A stretch of 64,000 nucleotides of DNA. It comes from Myxococcales bacterium (GTDB lineage Bacteria > Myxococcota_A > Polyangia > Polyangiales > DASUME01). A program made the translations under genes and the position numbers. Shown in pieces: positions 19,793 through 29,550 of the stretch (position 1 is the first letter of the stretch; every line of letters begins with the position of its first letter). The stretch spans positions 5,824,001 to 5,888,000 of the forward strand of contig JASGJH010000001.1 in assembly GCA_047601445.1 (NCBI GenBank). Direction: 5' to 3'. Below the pieces are notes generated by a model. The model ran no database searches. It saw only the letters and a program-made list of their open reading frames with translations, and had not been told where the DNA came from.

Positions 19793-21451
19793 TCAGAGCT
19801 CTGGAAGGACACTCGAAAGAGCGATGGTGAGCCCGCCGACCTCGAGTGTGGCCCAGTTGGCCTGGGGCTCGGGAATGTAGAGGAAGCTCTCGCTGCTGTG
19901 ATCCAGATGCACGCGTGAGGCCTCGAGCTCGGCGACGAGGTTGCCCTGGGCGTCGCGCACCCGCAGGGGTTCGAATTCCCCGCCGGGCGTCTCCGAGGTC
20001 ACGAAGCCGGCCCAGCGCGCCGATCCGTTGCCGTAGAGGATGAGGCTGTGCCAGGGGCCGCCGGCGATGAGCGCGCTCGTGCGGCTCTTGGTGGTGGCGC
20101 TGGTGGCGTTGTTCACGATCAGCGAGCGAGCTGCCAGGGCGGAGTACGTGTAGTCGCTGATCCAGGTGGGCTCGCAATAGCCCATCATGTCCTTGAGCGT
20201 GGGCTGCATGAGGGTCTTGCTGCGCGCGTCCCAACCCCAACTGCCGATGTCGCCCCCGGTGTACGGGTACTTGGCGTCCACGCCGTCGATCTTGCCGCCC
20301 GAGGGTACGCACGGCGAGTGGCCTCGCCCGTGGGCATGGCCGAGCTCGTGCACCGCGGTGGAGGGCGTATTGTCGTCGATGTAGCCCACCCCGAGCCCGA
20401 TTTGATCGACGCTGCTCACGTTGACCGTCTGCGGCGCCAGGCCGAGCACGCAGCTCCCGCTGCAATAGGTTCGCAGCGTGCTCTTGGGTGTGATCAGCCC
20501 GAAGTAATAGGTATTGCGGGGCGCGCCATCGCGCTGGCGCTGCTTGCGGATCTCGTTCAGGAGCTCGCTCCAGCCGTCGCCGTTGGCGTCGACCGAGTAG
20601 GCCCAGGTCAGGGCCGCCGCCACGTTGACCTCCACCTTGGCCACCGGATAGTACGCGGCCAGCGCTGAGCGGATGCTCTCGATCTGCGCGGCGCTCGTGT
20701 CCGGCAACAATGTGCCGAGGCGCACGGGCACCAGCGTGACGCGCAAGGTGCCCAGGTCCTCCGCAGAGAGCGCTTGCGCTCCGCTCTTGGGGAAGCGCGC
20801 GCCCGGGTTGTCCTTGCGCTTGGGATTGCACTTCTCCTCCACCAAGGCCGCGCTCAGGGTGGTGTCGGGGCCGAGCGCCGCGGCGGGCACGTTGAAGTTG
20901 AAGGTGCTGCCGAAGTCGGCGTCGGTGGAGGCCTTGCTCGGCGTGAGGCGTGCCTCGAGGCGCGTAACCTGCGAGCCATTCTGCAGCGTGAGTGTGCCCA
21001 GCACGGCATGGGCGCTGTAGCCGGTGAGCGGCTCCGCGAAGACACGCACCAGGGCTTCCTTGCCCTGTGTCACGGGGGCCGCTTGCTCGCTGACCCAGGC
21101 ACCGCCCGAGACCAAGGTGACCTTCACGGTCTGATAGAGCGCGACGTCCTTGATGCGCAAAGTCTCCACCAGGGACTCACTGTCAGGCCCGCACGGATCC
21201 GGCGTCTTGCCGGGCGTGCCCGCGTCCGCGTTGGTGTGCTGCTGGGCGCTGCCTGCATCTCGCACCGCGTCATCATCCGGATTGCTCGAACGATCGCCGT
21301 CACCCTCGTCTGCGCTCGCGTCCGCTTGGTCGACCGACGCCGTACTCGGATCGAGATCCGAATGCGTGGTGTCAGGGTCTTCGACCGTGCCGACACACGC
21401 GGCGACGCCGGCTGTCGTTAACAGCATTGCGAGTGGGAGAACACCGCGCAT
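19793..21451 (-). CDS. Secreted metzincin metallopeptidase lipoprotein (M66-like)
   Basis: HELGHAHGRGH zinc motif, DMMGYC Met-turn, lipobox VAAC. Confidence 0.8.
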   Translation of the reverse strand: MRGVLPLAMLLTTAGVAACVGTVEDPDTTHSDLDPSTASVDQADASADEGDGDRSSNPDDDAVRDAGSAQQHTNADAGTPGKTPDPCGPDSESLVETLRIKDVALYQTVKVTLVSGGAWVSEQAAPVTQGKEALVRVFAEPLTGYSAHAVLGTLTLQNGSQVTRLEARLTPSKASTDADFGSTFNFNVPAAALGPDTTLSAALVEEKCNPKRKDNPGARFPKSGAQALSAEDLGTLRVTLVPVRLGTLLPDTSAAQIESIRSALAAYYPVAKVEVNVAAALTWAYSVDANGDGWSELLNEIRKQRQRDGAPRNTYYFGLITPKSTLRTYCSGSCVLGLAPQTVNVSSVDQIGLGVGYIDDNTPSTAVHELGHAHGRGHSPCVPSGGKIDGVDAKYPYTGGDIGSWGWDARSKTLMQPTLKDMMGYCEPTWISDYTYSALAARSLIVNNATSATTKSRTSALIAGGPWHSLILYGNGSARWAGFVTSETPGGEFEPLRVRDAQGNLVAELEASRVHLDHSSESFLYIPEPQANWATLEVGGLTIALSSVLPEL

Positions 21452-21562
21452 GGGAAGGGCAAACCTAGTCACGAATCGGTCGTCGCGGAACGCCAAAATT
21501 TGCTCCAATCAGCGCAAAGTGCCGAACGTCTGCACTTTTGCGTCTGACTTGAAACTGCGGTG

Positions 21563-22432
21563 CTAGGGCCCGATTCGCAAGCGTTGCATTCTGTAGTTCA
21601 GGCCACCCCGATCATCGCGCAAGATCACCCAAACCAGAACGTCGCCGCCCCCGGCGGGCGCACGGAAACGCGTCTGTGCGGACCCATCGGCGGCCACAGC
21701 GCCCTGACTTTCCAGCACTTCTCCGCGGCTCACGTGCCACGCGACCTCGAGCGATTCAGTTCGAGTCTGCAGACGGTTCGTGCCGTGCTCGTAGACCATG
21801 TAGCGCTCGAAGGAGGAGATCTGTGCGCGCACACGCAGGTCGATCTCCGCACCAGGTTGAACGCTCGAGACGACCGCTTCCGCGGCCTCATCGAACGCGG
21901 GGTTGCGATTGGCCACGTAGCTTGCGGCATAGTCCTGAGCGATCGCGAGCGGCGCGTCGCGCAAGGGACACAGCAGGCGCAAGCGCTCCAAGCTGACTTG
22001 AGTTTCAGGCAAGGCCACGCGCAGTGGCTGGTAGTAGCCTCCCGAGGGGTCGGCATCTCGCGGCCTCAAATCGGCCGCATCGGCGCCGCCGAAGCGGGCG
22101 CATGCGTCGGCTGGCACACGCACGTTCGCCACGACGCCCCGCTCGGGCAACGCGGGGTCTTCGCCGGCCACGCAGGAGCGCGAAGCGAAGCCCGACTCGC
22201 TGAGGGCCTTGGGCGTGCGGCACAGACTCCAGCGCACGGCGACATCGCTGCGCAGACCGTCCTCGCCAGCTACCAGCAGGGTCACGCTGATCGGGGTACC
22301 CGGCGCGGCTTCGGCTGGCTCCGCGAGGATCCCGAGCACCTGCTCGTCGCCAGCTGGGGCCAGCTCGACTTCTTCGCCAGCGAGGCAGCCGCTGATGACG
22401 AGCGCAAGCCCGCAGTTTGTCAGCTTCGTCAT
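21563..22432 (-). CDS. Cys-containing lipoprotein, last gene of the TonB-receptor operon
   Basis: MTKLTNCGLALVISGC lipoprotein signal; C-terminal WVILRDDRGG; starts 2 nt after the receptor stop. Confidence 0.7.
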   Translation of the reverse strand: MTKLTNCGLALVISGCLAGEEVELAPAGDEQVLGILAEPAEAAPGTPISVTLLVAGEDGLRSDVAVRWSLCRTPKALSESGFASRSCVAGEDPALPERGVVANVRVPADACARFGGADAADLRPRDADPSGGYYQPLRVALPETQVSLERLRLLCPLRDAPLAIAQDYAASYVANRNPAFDEAAEAVVSSVQPGAEIDLRVRAQISSFERYMVYEHGTNRLQTRTESLEVAWHVSRGEVLESQGAVAADGSAQTRFRAPAGGGDVLVWVILRDDRGGLNYRMQRLRIGP

Positions 22433-22434
22433 GC

Positions 22435-24459
22435 TCAGAGCTCCATCTGAATGCCCAGCAAGGCGAGCCAAGGCAGACCGCGCACGTCGCGCCGCCGCGT
22501 GAAGTCGTCGTTGTAGGCCACCTCTTCCACGTTGGCGCGGGCGGTGACGTTCAGCAGGTCTGCGTACAGCATCAGGCGCGAGGTCTCTCCAACGTGGAAG
22601 CTTTGCTCTGCGTGCAGATCGAGCTGGGCGAAGGCCGGGACGCGGGCGCGATTTTGTGCGGCGAAGCTGGGTTGATAGCTGTCGCTCTTGCTGTCGTAGT
22701 AGCTGCCGAGCACGCTGGTGCGTGGGTTGCCGGTGGCATAGCGAAAGCGCGTGCTCACCAGGAAGCTCTCGCGGCGGTAGCTCAACAAGGCGCTGAGCAC
22801 GTGGGTCTGGTCGAGATCGAACAGGCGCTCCATCCCAAAGGTGCCCGTGCGCGTGCTGCGGCTCAGCGTGTAGCTCGCCAGAAAGCCCACGCCGCTCTCC
22901 ACCTGCCGTTGCAACAGGAGTGCCCCGCCATAACTCCATCCGCTGCCGCTCTGTACGAGCGCATGGGAGACACGCGGTGTGGGATCGTCGCTGCGCCGCG
23001 CGAGTCGATCGAGCTGCTTGGCGAAGCCCTCGGCGCGCAGCACGATCCCCGCCGGTAGCTCGGCCTGGGGCCCCATGCTGCCCACCATGGCGCGTGAAGC
23101 ACCGAGGCTCGGAGTGCCGAAGACCGCGCTCAGATCGCTCGCCGCGGGTGGTTGATGGTGCAGCCCCGCCCGCGCCTGCAGACGGAGGGCAGGATGGAGC
23201 GCCAGCGATATGGCCACGCGCGGCTCGGGGTAGGCGGCCAGCTCATCGTGTCCCACGGCGGGCACGCCGCCCAGCTTGGGCGTGCTGCGGTTCACGGAGA
23301 GGGCATAGAGCTCGAGCCGCAGACCGAGTTGCGCGGAGAAGGGACCGCGCTGCACAGCGACACTGGCATAGGGCGCGACGTTGCTGCTGTTGGTGCGCCA
23401 GCGATCCCGATTCACCTCATCGCCGGGGCCTTGCCCGAATACGTGCAAGTCGCCCTCGCGCGCCGGCAAGGTCAAGCTCCCTGCGCGCTCGAGCCGGCTC
23501 GCCAGCGAGAGCACGTCCAGGCCCAGCTGGAGCTGCGCCGTCGGCCAGCTCCGTGCGTAACTCGCGCGTGCCCCGATCCGTGTGGCCGCGCTGCGCGCCG
23601 AGAATGGCACCAGATCGAAGCGATCGAACTCGCGTCGGTCGCCCCATCCCACGAAGCCCAGGAGCCGCACCCGGGCACCGTCGGCGTAGCGTCGCACCAG
23701 GCTCAAGGCGCCCACTTGATCGCTGCGCTCCAGGGTCTGCTGGTCCGGCACGCTAGCCACGTCCGACGCCACGCTGCGCTGCAGCCGATCGCGCGTGCCC
23801 AACCACAGCAAGCTCAGGCGCGTGCGACGGTCGACGTCCCAGCTCACCTTGCCCCCCGCGTCTGCGTGCGCCGGGACGCTCGTGCGCTCGGCGAGCTCTG
23901 GCATGAGCCCATGTACCACGCGATCGAGATAGCCGTAGCGGCCCGCGAGGCTCACGCCCCAGGCCCCTTGCTTGGCGCGCAGTTCGAGACCGCTATCGAT
24001 GCCGTCCGCGCGCAGCGAGCCGTGCAGTCCTGTTTGCCGCAGCGCGGGCGTCTCCAGCTCCACCAAGCCGCCCAGGGCGCGCCCGTGGGACGCATCGAAG
24101 GCGCCCGCTGTGAGCGCCACGTTCGCGATCAAGGCCGGAGGCACGGTGCTGCGCAGACCTCCTGGATGAAACAACGCGGGAATTTCCACGCCGTCCACGT
24201 AGACGCGTGTCTCCTGACCGGGCGATCCCCAGATGGATAGCTCCCCGGAGTCGAAGCCCGCACGCGCCACGCCGGGCAAATTCGAGAGGGCCCGCGCGGA
24301 TTCTCCCAGGGCTCCCGCCATCTCTCGCGCCTCCTGGGCTGGCAGCACTTCTGCGCCTGGTGACTCGAGGGTGCTGACGCGCGCGCTAGCGGCGTACTCC
24401 TGCGCCTGCGCCTGTGACGCCCACAAGCAGCCGCACAACGCGAGCCAGCGCGCCTTCAC
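22435..24459 (-). CDS. TonB-dependent receptor
   Basis: Signal peptide; plug NLPGVAR...VYVDGVEIP...HGRALGG; barrel motifs EPRVA, QLDLH and LNVT. Confidence 0.85.
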   Translation of the reverse strand: MKARWLALCGCLWASQAQAQEYAASARVSTLESPGAEVLPAQEAREMAGALGESARALSNLPGVARAGFDSGELSIWGSPGQETRVYVDGVEIPALFHPGGLRSTVPPALIANVALTAGAFDASHGRALGGLVELETPALRQTGLHGSLRADGIDSGLELRAKQGAWGVSLAGRYGYLDRVVHGLMPELAERTSVPAHADAGGKVSWDVDRRTRLSLLWLGTRDRLQRSVASDVASVPDQQTLERSDQVGALSLVRRYADGARVRLLGFVGWGDRREFDRFDLVPFSARSAATRIGARASYARSWPTAQLQLGLDVLSLASRLERAGSLTLPAREGDLHVFGQGPGDEVNRDRWRTNSSNVAPYASVAVQRGPFSAQLGLRLELYALSVNRSTPKLGGVPAVGHDELAAYPEPRVAISLALHPALRLQARAGLHHQPPAASDLSAVFGTPSLGASRAMVGSMGPQAELPAGIVLRAEGFAKQLDRLARRSDDPTPRVSHALVQSGSGWSYGGALLLQRQVESGVGFLASYTLSRSTRTGTFGMERLFDLDQTHVLSALLSYRRESFLVSTRFRYATGNPRTSVLGSYYDSKSDSYQPSFAAQNRARVPAFAQLDLHAEQSFHVGETSRLMLYADLLNVTARANVEEVAYNDDFTRRRDVRGLPWLALLGIQMEL

Positions 24460-25346
24460 GGCACACGGAAGCGAAAGGCCAAGCTCCCTGCACCACGACC
24501 TGCGCCCTCACGTGTGTCGCTCGGCAGGGCGATGCCGCTCGCTCGCTCGAGCGAACGGCCATTCAACCAGGCCTGCACTTCGTAATGAGAACTCGCCTCC
24601 TCGCACAGCGAGGCACTCGCCACCCGCACCGTGTACTCGCCCGCCACTGGCGCACTCGTCCACGACACGTTCTCCTCGCGTCGCCCATCGATCACACAGC
24701 CTGCGTTCGAGTCGAAGTCGAGGACGCCACCGCTCTGCCAGGCACTCGGATCCTGCGCGGGCATGCCAGGACCCGGCGCCTTGTAGGAGTTGATGTCGCC
24801 CGCCCAGATCTCGCGGTTCTCCGGCGTGATGACGTGCAGGTCGAGGTCCACGTCGCTGTCCCAGCGCAGACGCACCACTAGCTGCACCTCGTCTTCGGCG
24901 GCCACGGCCTGCAAGGTCACGCGCTCGAGCGGGCCCACGCGACCCTGCGTATCCACGGCCGCCAGCTCCAGCTCGAGTGTCTCGCCGACCTCCACGTCTC
25001 GTGAGAAGGACAGGTTCGCCTCGTAGCTGGGCAAGTCGGGTTCCTCCAGCGTGGGCACCCCCGCCACCACCACCCAGTGACCCGTCTCGCCGCGCAGTCC
25101 CACCAGCAGCGCATTGCCATTCGCCGCCAGCGCCCCCGTGACGCGCTCGCTTCGCACCCCTGGCAGGATGTGATTGTGGGGGACGTGCACCGAAGCCACG
25201 CGCGGACCGTCGCCGCTCCGAGGCATCTTCTCAGGCACGAACTGGGCCCCCTCCACGCGCAGGCGCGCGCCAAGACCTGGGTCGTTCGAAGCCCCCACGC
25301 AGCTCGCGAGCCACCACAGCATCAACAGCATGCTCGCGCGGTGCAT
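24456..25346 (-). CDS. Lipoprotein with YfaP/DUF2135-like C-terminal domain
   Basis: Lipobox LASC; LRWDSDVDLDLHVITP, LDFDSN and ENV; overlaps both neighbours. Confidence 0.7.
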   Translation of the reverse strand: MHRASMLLMLWWLASCVGASNDPGLGARLRVEGAQFVPEKMPRSGDGPRVASVHVPHNHILPGVRSERVTGALAANGNALLVGLRGETGHWVVVAGVPTLEEPDLPSYEANLSFSRDVEVGETLELELAAVDTQGRVGPLERVTLQAVAAEDEVQLVVRLRWDSDVDLDLHVITPENREIWAGDINSYKAPGPGMPAQDPSAWQSGGVLDFDSNAGCVIDGRREENVSWTSAPVAGEYTVRVASASLCEEASSHYEVQAWLNGRSLERASGIALPSDTREGAGRGAGSLAFRFRVP

Positions 25347-26710
25347 CAAAACTCCACCTGTCCGCGCAGCGTGAGGGAGTCCATGGCCAGTGTGGTGGGC
25401 TTCCCGCTCTGGCTGCGTCCGAGCGGATTCTTCTGGTGGTCGTACTCGAGCGTGACGCGCGCGAAGGGCAGCGTGCACCACGCGAGTGCGACGGCCAAGG
25501 TGCCGTAGCTGGCATCCTTGACCACCAGGCGCGCCCCCTGGCGATCGTTGGCGTCGCGATCCGGATCGTAGCTGTCGTAGCGCGCCCCGAGTTCCAGGTG
25601 TCGCGTGATCTCCTGGCGCACGCCGAGCATCACGCCCAGCTCGCGCAGATTGCGCCCGAGCGCCACCGGATCCGCAGGATAGAGCGCGCGATCCAGATTG
25701 TTCGCCCAGACCAGCTCGCCATACAGCCTGCCTCGACCGAGCACGGGCCACTCGAAACTGAGCGCTGCGTCGCCCCCTAGCCCGAAGCGCTCGAAGTTCT
25801 GCGAGGCATCGCCGGGATTGCCCGGCATGCGCTGCAGCTCGGTGGGCTGCACGAGACCATCCTCGTTGGCGTCGCGAAAGACCACCGTGTCCTTGGTGGG
25901 CGCAGCGCCTGGATGAAAACCCTTCCCCCACAGGCCCGAGACGCCGATCTCCAAGGCCACCTTCTGGAACAGCTCTCCGCCCGCGCCGACGCGTCCCACG
26001 AAGTCCTTGGCGCGATTCGGATCGCGCTCCGGTAGGCTCGCGCTCTCGCTGGGGTTGCCGTTCATCACCGCCAGCGCGTAGCGCAAGAAGGACCACTCAC
26101 CTGCGATGCGTGCGCCCAGATCGCGACGGCCTGGAAACAGCGCCCGCACCCAGTTGCTCGGCTCCAGAAACAAGCGCCGATTGGCCTGCTCCGTGGTCTC
26201 GAAACCGAACGGGATCAGGAATAGTCCGAGCGTGGCCTGCACGTGGGGCCGCACGCTCTTGGGGTAACCCACTGACGCTTCGGCGCTGAACAGGCGCACT
26301 TGCGGGCCGTTGATGGTGTTGGCGTCGAGCACGACGCTTCCGCTCACGAGCCCATGGCGGGCATCGGCGCGCAAGCGGGCGCGGCGGATCACGAAGCGGT
26401 CTTCGTTGAGCGGCTGACGCGAGCCGGGGTCGAGCTCATCGATCGAGGACTGCTGATAGGTCACCGCGTCGACCTGCAGAAACCCGGACATGCGCACGCC
26501 ATCCGGCACGGGATCCGCGGTCGCGGTCGAACTCGTCGTCGTCGTCGAGCTGCTGGAGCTCTCAGCCGCAGGGGCACTGGGGGCCGGCGGACCCGGCTCG
26601 CCCGGGCTCACTTGCGCGCCTGCGGGCTTCGCGAGCGAAGCGCAGGTCAGCAGCGCCGCGAGCAGGCCGGCAAGCATCACGAAAGAGGTGCGTACGGCGC
26701 GGCGACTCAC
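25346..26710 (-). CDS. Porin, OprO/OprP-like
   Basis: Signal peptide; SGFLQVD, FVIRRARL, IPFGFE and RDLG; ends LRGQVEF. Confidence 0.75.
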   Translation of the reverse strand: MSRRAVRTSFVMLAGLLAALLTCASLAKPAGAQVSPGEPGPPAPSAPAAESSSSSTTTTSSTATADPVPDGVRMSGFLQVDAVTYQQSSIDELDPGSRQPLNEDRFVIRRARLRADARHGLVSGSVVLDANTINGPQVRLFSAEASVGYPKSVRPHVQATLGLFLIPFGFETTEQANRRLFLEPSNWVRALFPGRRDLGARIAGEWSFLRYALAVMNGNPSESASLPERDPNRAKDFVGRVGAGGELFQKVALEIGVSGLWGKGFHPGAAPTKDTVVFRDANEDGLVQPTELQRMPGNPGDASQNFERFGLGGDAALSFEWPVLGRGRLYGELVWANNLDRALYPADPVALGRNLRELGVMLGVRQEITRHLELGARYDSYDPDRDANDRQGARLVVKDASYGTLAVALAWCTLPFARVTLEYDHQKNPLGRSQSGKPTTLAMDSLTLRGQVEF

Positions 26711-26973
26711 GGCAGGGGCGGCAGACCACCATCGGCGCCCAGCAACGGAAGCACCGGGTTCGCCTCCACGCGCTCGGCGTCGCTACAGGCGTTGATGATC
26801 TCGAGGTGCGTCTTCGGGTTGGCGAAGCAGTCCGGTGGGACCCCGGCATCGCTGCCCGCGTCGACGTGCTCGCCCGCGTCGGGCTCGAGGCTCGGGCCCG
26901 CGTTGTCCTTCTCGTCCCCACCGCAAGCCAGCAGGACCAGGCCGCACAGCGCGGCAAAATGAAGCTTCTTCAT
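26707..26973 (-). CDS. Small lipoprotein
   Basis: MKKLHFAALCGLVLLAC; C-terminal DCFANPKTHLEIINAC...LPPLP; GAGG RBS. Confidence 0.75.
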   Translation of the reverse strand: MKKLHFAALCGLVLLACGGDEKDNAGPSLEPDAGEHVDAGSDAGVPPDCFANPKTHLEIINACSDAERVEANPVLPLLGADGGLPPLP

Positions 26974-26978
26974 GGTGC

Positions 26979-28205
26979 TTACCTCGCCTCGCAGAAGTCG
27001 TGTCGGCAGACCCCGCTCGCACAGGGCGTCTGAGCGTCGCACGGGACGCAGCCCGCGGGCGTTGCCTTGGTGACGCGGCTCTCGTAGTGACAGCCGCAGG
27101 GTTCAGCCGGCTCGTAGAGGGAGAGCTCACCGCCCTCCACGCTGCGCGTCACGCGCATGGCGCAGTCGGGCACCAGACCCACGTCGGTCACGATGTCGAG
27201 CGCTTCGAAGTCCGCAGCGGGCTCGGTGTGGAGCCCCAGGATCGAGTCGATGAGGTACTTGGCGCGCGGATCGACCGGCGCGCCGGCGGTGTCCACCTTG
27301 GTGAGCCACACGGTGGGAGACCAGGGCACGTAATGGCCATCGCGCACGTTGCGCTTGTCGAAGGAGGTCGCGCTCGAGTCGGGATAGTACGCATAGCGCT
27401 GACCGTAGGCGCGGTAGGCGAGCACGTTCACCTGGTCGCGGTGCTGGTCGTAGAGCTCGACCCCGAGGATGCCGATGGACTTTTCGGGGTTGGTGGAAGC
27501 CGTCAGCGCGCTCAACACTTCGCTCGACTTGTCGAAGCGCTGGCCACGCCACTTGTCGGCCGGCACGCTGATGGCCGCCGCCATGCTGAGCAGCGTGCTC
27601 TTGGTCACCGTGCGGATGTACATGAAGGCTTCGTCGGTCCACGGCTCGGCCATGCCGCCGTTGCCGAACCCGAATACGAAGTAACCCTGCTCGGCCGTGA
27701 TGGACTTCTGCAGACTCGCCTCGGGCACCACGAACGAGTAGCCCTGCACCGGTCCCTGGAACAGCTTGATGCCCGCGGGCGGGATGGCCGGGTTGCAGGC
27801 CGACACGAACAGCGCGGAGTTGGCCACGTCGATGGCGTGGCCGCCGTCGGGGATGGTGCAGGTAGGCGAAGGATCCTTCGGCGTCCAGCCGGCGTTGGCC
27901 GTGCTCGACGGCACGTAGAAGGGGTTCTTGGTGATCTTGGTGTCGGCGTAGATCGCCTCGATGTTGGTGCAGGACCCTGACGTCACGTAGACGAGGGTCA
28001 TCGGCTGCACGGCCGAGTTCGCCAGGGCGCGCCCCAGGTTCTTCAACAGCGGTTCCTGCGTATCGCCCACCTGCAAGTAGATGGGATTCGGTAGGTCACC
28101 GCACGCCACGTCCTGGGCGTGCGCCACGCCGGTTAGCCCGGTCAAGGCACACAGCAGCCCGCACGCGGCAGCCAGAGCCCATCGGGCTCGCTTGGTCGCT
28201 CGCAT
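26979..28205 (-). CDS. Secreted Cys-rich PstS-like substrate-binding protein
   Basis: Signal ..AHA; PBP2-like segments YVTSGSC, SIGIL and NVRDGHYVPWSP; Cys-rich tail; GAGGAG RBS. Confidence 0.6.
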   Translation of the reverse strand: MRATKRARWALAAACGLLCALTGLTGVAHAQDVACGDLPNPIYLQVGDTQEPLLKNLGRALANSAVQPMTLVYVTSGSCTNIEAIYADTKITKNPFYVPSSTANAGWTPKDPSPTCTIPDGGHAIDVANSALFVSACNPAIPPAGIKLFQGPVQGYSFVVPEASLQKSITAEQGYFVFGFGNGGMAEPWTDEAFMYIRTVTKSTLLSMAAAISVPADKWRGQRFDKSSEVLSALTASTNPEKSIGILGVELYDQHRDQVNVLAYRAYGQRYAYYPDSSATSFDKRNVRDGHYVPWSPTVWLTKVDTAGAPVDPRAKYLIDSILGLHTEPAADFEALDIVTDVGLVPDCAMRVTRSVEGGELSLYEPAEPCGCHYESRVTKATPAGCVPCDAQTPCASGVCRHDFCEAR

Positions 28206-28250
28206 CGTCACTCCTCTCAAGTCGCGAGGGGCTATCACGCTGCTGCACAT

Positions 28251-28268
28251 GGGTAAAGCAAAGCTGAC
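28251..28268. promoter_or_regulatory. Operator copy 1 (GGGTAAAGCAAAGCTGAC)
   Basis: 17/18 identical to 28396-28413; 45 nt upstream of the minus-strand operon start. Confidence 0.7.
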
Positions 28269-28395
28269 TCGAAGACGCGTTTAATTTACTCCGGCAAAGA
28301 AGTCGAAATATGCGGGGGGCGAGCGTCTAGCCAGCAGCGTCACCGGGAGTCCCCGGCCGCCCGCGTCTAAATCCCGTGCGCCGGGGAGGGCATTC

Positions 28396-28413
28396 GGGTA
28401 AAGCAAACCTGAC
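28396..28413. promoter_or_regulatory. Operator copy 2 (GGGTAAAGCAAACCTGAC)
   Basis: Directly abuts the regulator ATG at 28414. Confidence 0.7.
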
Positions 28414-29550
28414 ATGGCCTCTCAACTCGAGAATCGCGTGCGCACGCTGCGCGAGGCGCGCGGGCTCACCCAGGCTGCGCTGTGCGAGGCAGTGCAGATC
28501 AGCCGTCAGACCCTGAGCGCCATCGAGGCGGGTCGCAGTGAGCCCTCGGTCGCCATCGCCCTGGGCCTGGCCCGCGTGCTGGGCGCGCCGGTGGAAGAGG
28601 TGTTCTCGCTCGAAGGCAGCCGGGTGGTGGAAGCAGAGCTCGAGGGCGAGGCTCCACAGGCGAGCGGCGGCAGTGAGCGCGTCTTGCTGGCGAGCATCCA
28701 GGGCCGATGGGTGGCCCATCGCTTGAGCAAAGAGGAGAGCGCGCAGCGCGCCGCCGATGGCCTCCTGCTGCCCGCGAGCAAACCACTCACGAAGCAGCGT
28801 GCCCGCGTGGAGCTCCTGCGGCCGGAGTCGGAGGTTCGCGACACGCTGCTCCTGGCAGGTTGTGCGCCCGCGCTTGGGCTGCTGGCGGAGCGCACCAACC
28901 AACAGATGCGCGACCTGCGGGTGGTCTGGCTGCCGCGGGCCAGCGGCGCGGCCCTGGCGGCGCTCAAGGCGCGGCGCGCCCACGTGGCCGGTGTGCATTT
29001 CGTGGACGAGCGCAGCGGGCAGTTCAACGTGCCCGAGGTGAAAGAAGCGCTGCCCGGCAAGAAGCTCAGCTTGGTCACGCTGGCGCGCTGGCAGCAGGGG
29101 CTGCTGGTGGCGCGGGGCAATCCGCTCGGCATTCGCGGCGTGGAGGACCTGGCCCGCCCCGAGCTGCGCCTGCTGGCGCGCGAGGAGGGCTCGGGCGCGC
29201 GGCGTCTGCTCGAGGACAAGCTCAAGCGCGCGCGGCTGCCGGCCAAGCGTATCTTGAGTGCGGCGCGCGTGGTGGGTGGTCACATGGACGTGGCTCAGGG
29301 CATCGCGCTCGGCGCCGCCGACGTGGGCGTGGCCATGGAGGGTGCGGCGCTGGCATTCCAGCTCGACTTCGTGCCGCTGCACGAGGAGCGCTTCGACCTG
29401 GTGGTACCGCGCGAGATCCTCGACGATGCCCGCGTGGTGCGCTTGCTCGAGACGCTCTCGAGCGCGAGCTTTCGCCGCGAGCTCCAGGGGCTCGGCGGTT
29501 ACGATGTCGAGGGCGCAGGGGCGCTCGCGGCCGAGATAGGTGGCACATGA
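28414..29550 (+). CDS. XRE-HTH regulator with C-terminal molybdate-type PBP-like domain
   Basis: NRVRTLREARGLTQ...ISRQTLSAIEAG; AHVAGVH, QGLLVARGNP, REEGSGAR and ERFDLV; first gene of the mod operon. Confidence 0.85.
   Translation: MASQLENRVRTLREARGLTQAALCEAVQISRQTLSAIEAGRSEPSVAIALGLARVLGAPVEEVFSLEGSRVVEAELEGEAPQASGGSERVLLASIQGRWVAHRLSKEESAQRAADGLLLPASKPLTKQRARVELLRPESEVRDTLLLAGCAPALGLLAERTNQQMRDLRVVWLPRASGAALAALKARRAHVAGVHFVDERSGQFNVPEVKEALPGKKLSLVTLARWQQGLLVARGNPLGIRGVEDLARPELRLLAREEGSGARRLLEDKLKRARLPAKRILSAARVVGGHMDVAQGIALGAADVGVAMEGAALAFQLDFVPLHEERFDLVVPREILDDARVVRLLETLSSASFRRELQGLGGYDVEGAGALAAEIGGT

Noticed and set aside
19725..20831. 815-aa track ORF suggesting a long serpin fusion
   Set aside because: The extension is an alternative frame of the peptidase gene; an RBS and lipoprotein signal sit at 19724. 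The same applies to the extended ORFs for modA, lnt, 21563 and 24456.
28206..28413. Moco/Wco riboswitch upstream of the mod genes
   Set aside because: No recognisable conserved structure by eye, and a protein regulator with operators explains the region. An Rfam search would settle it.
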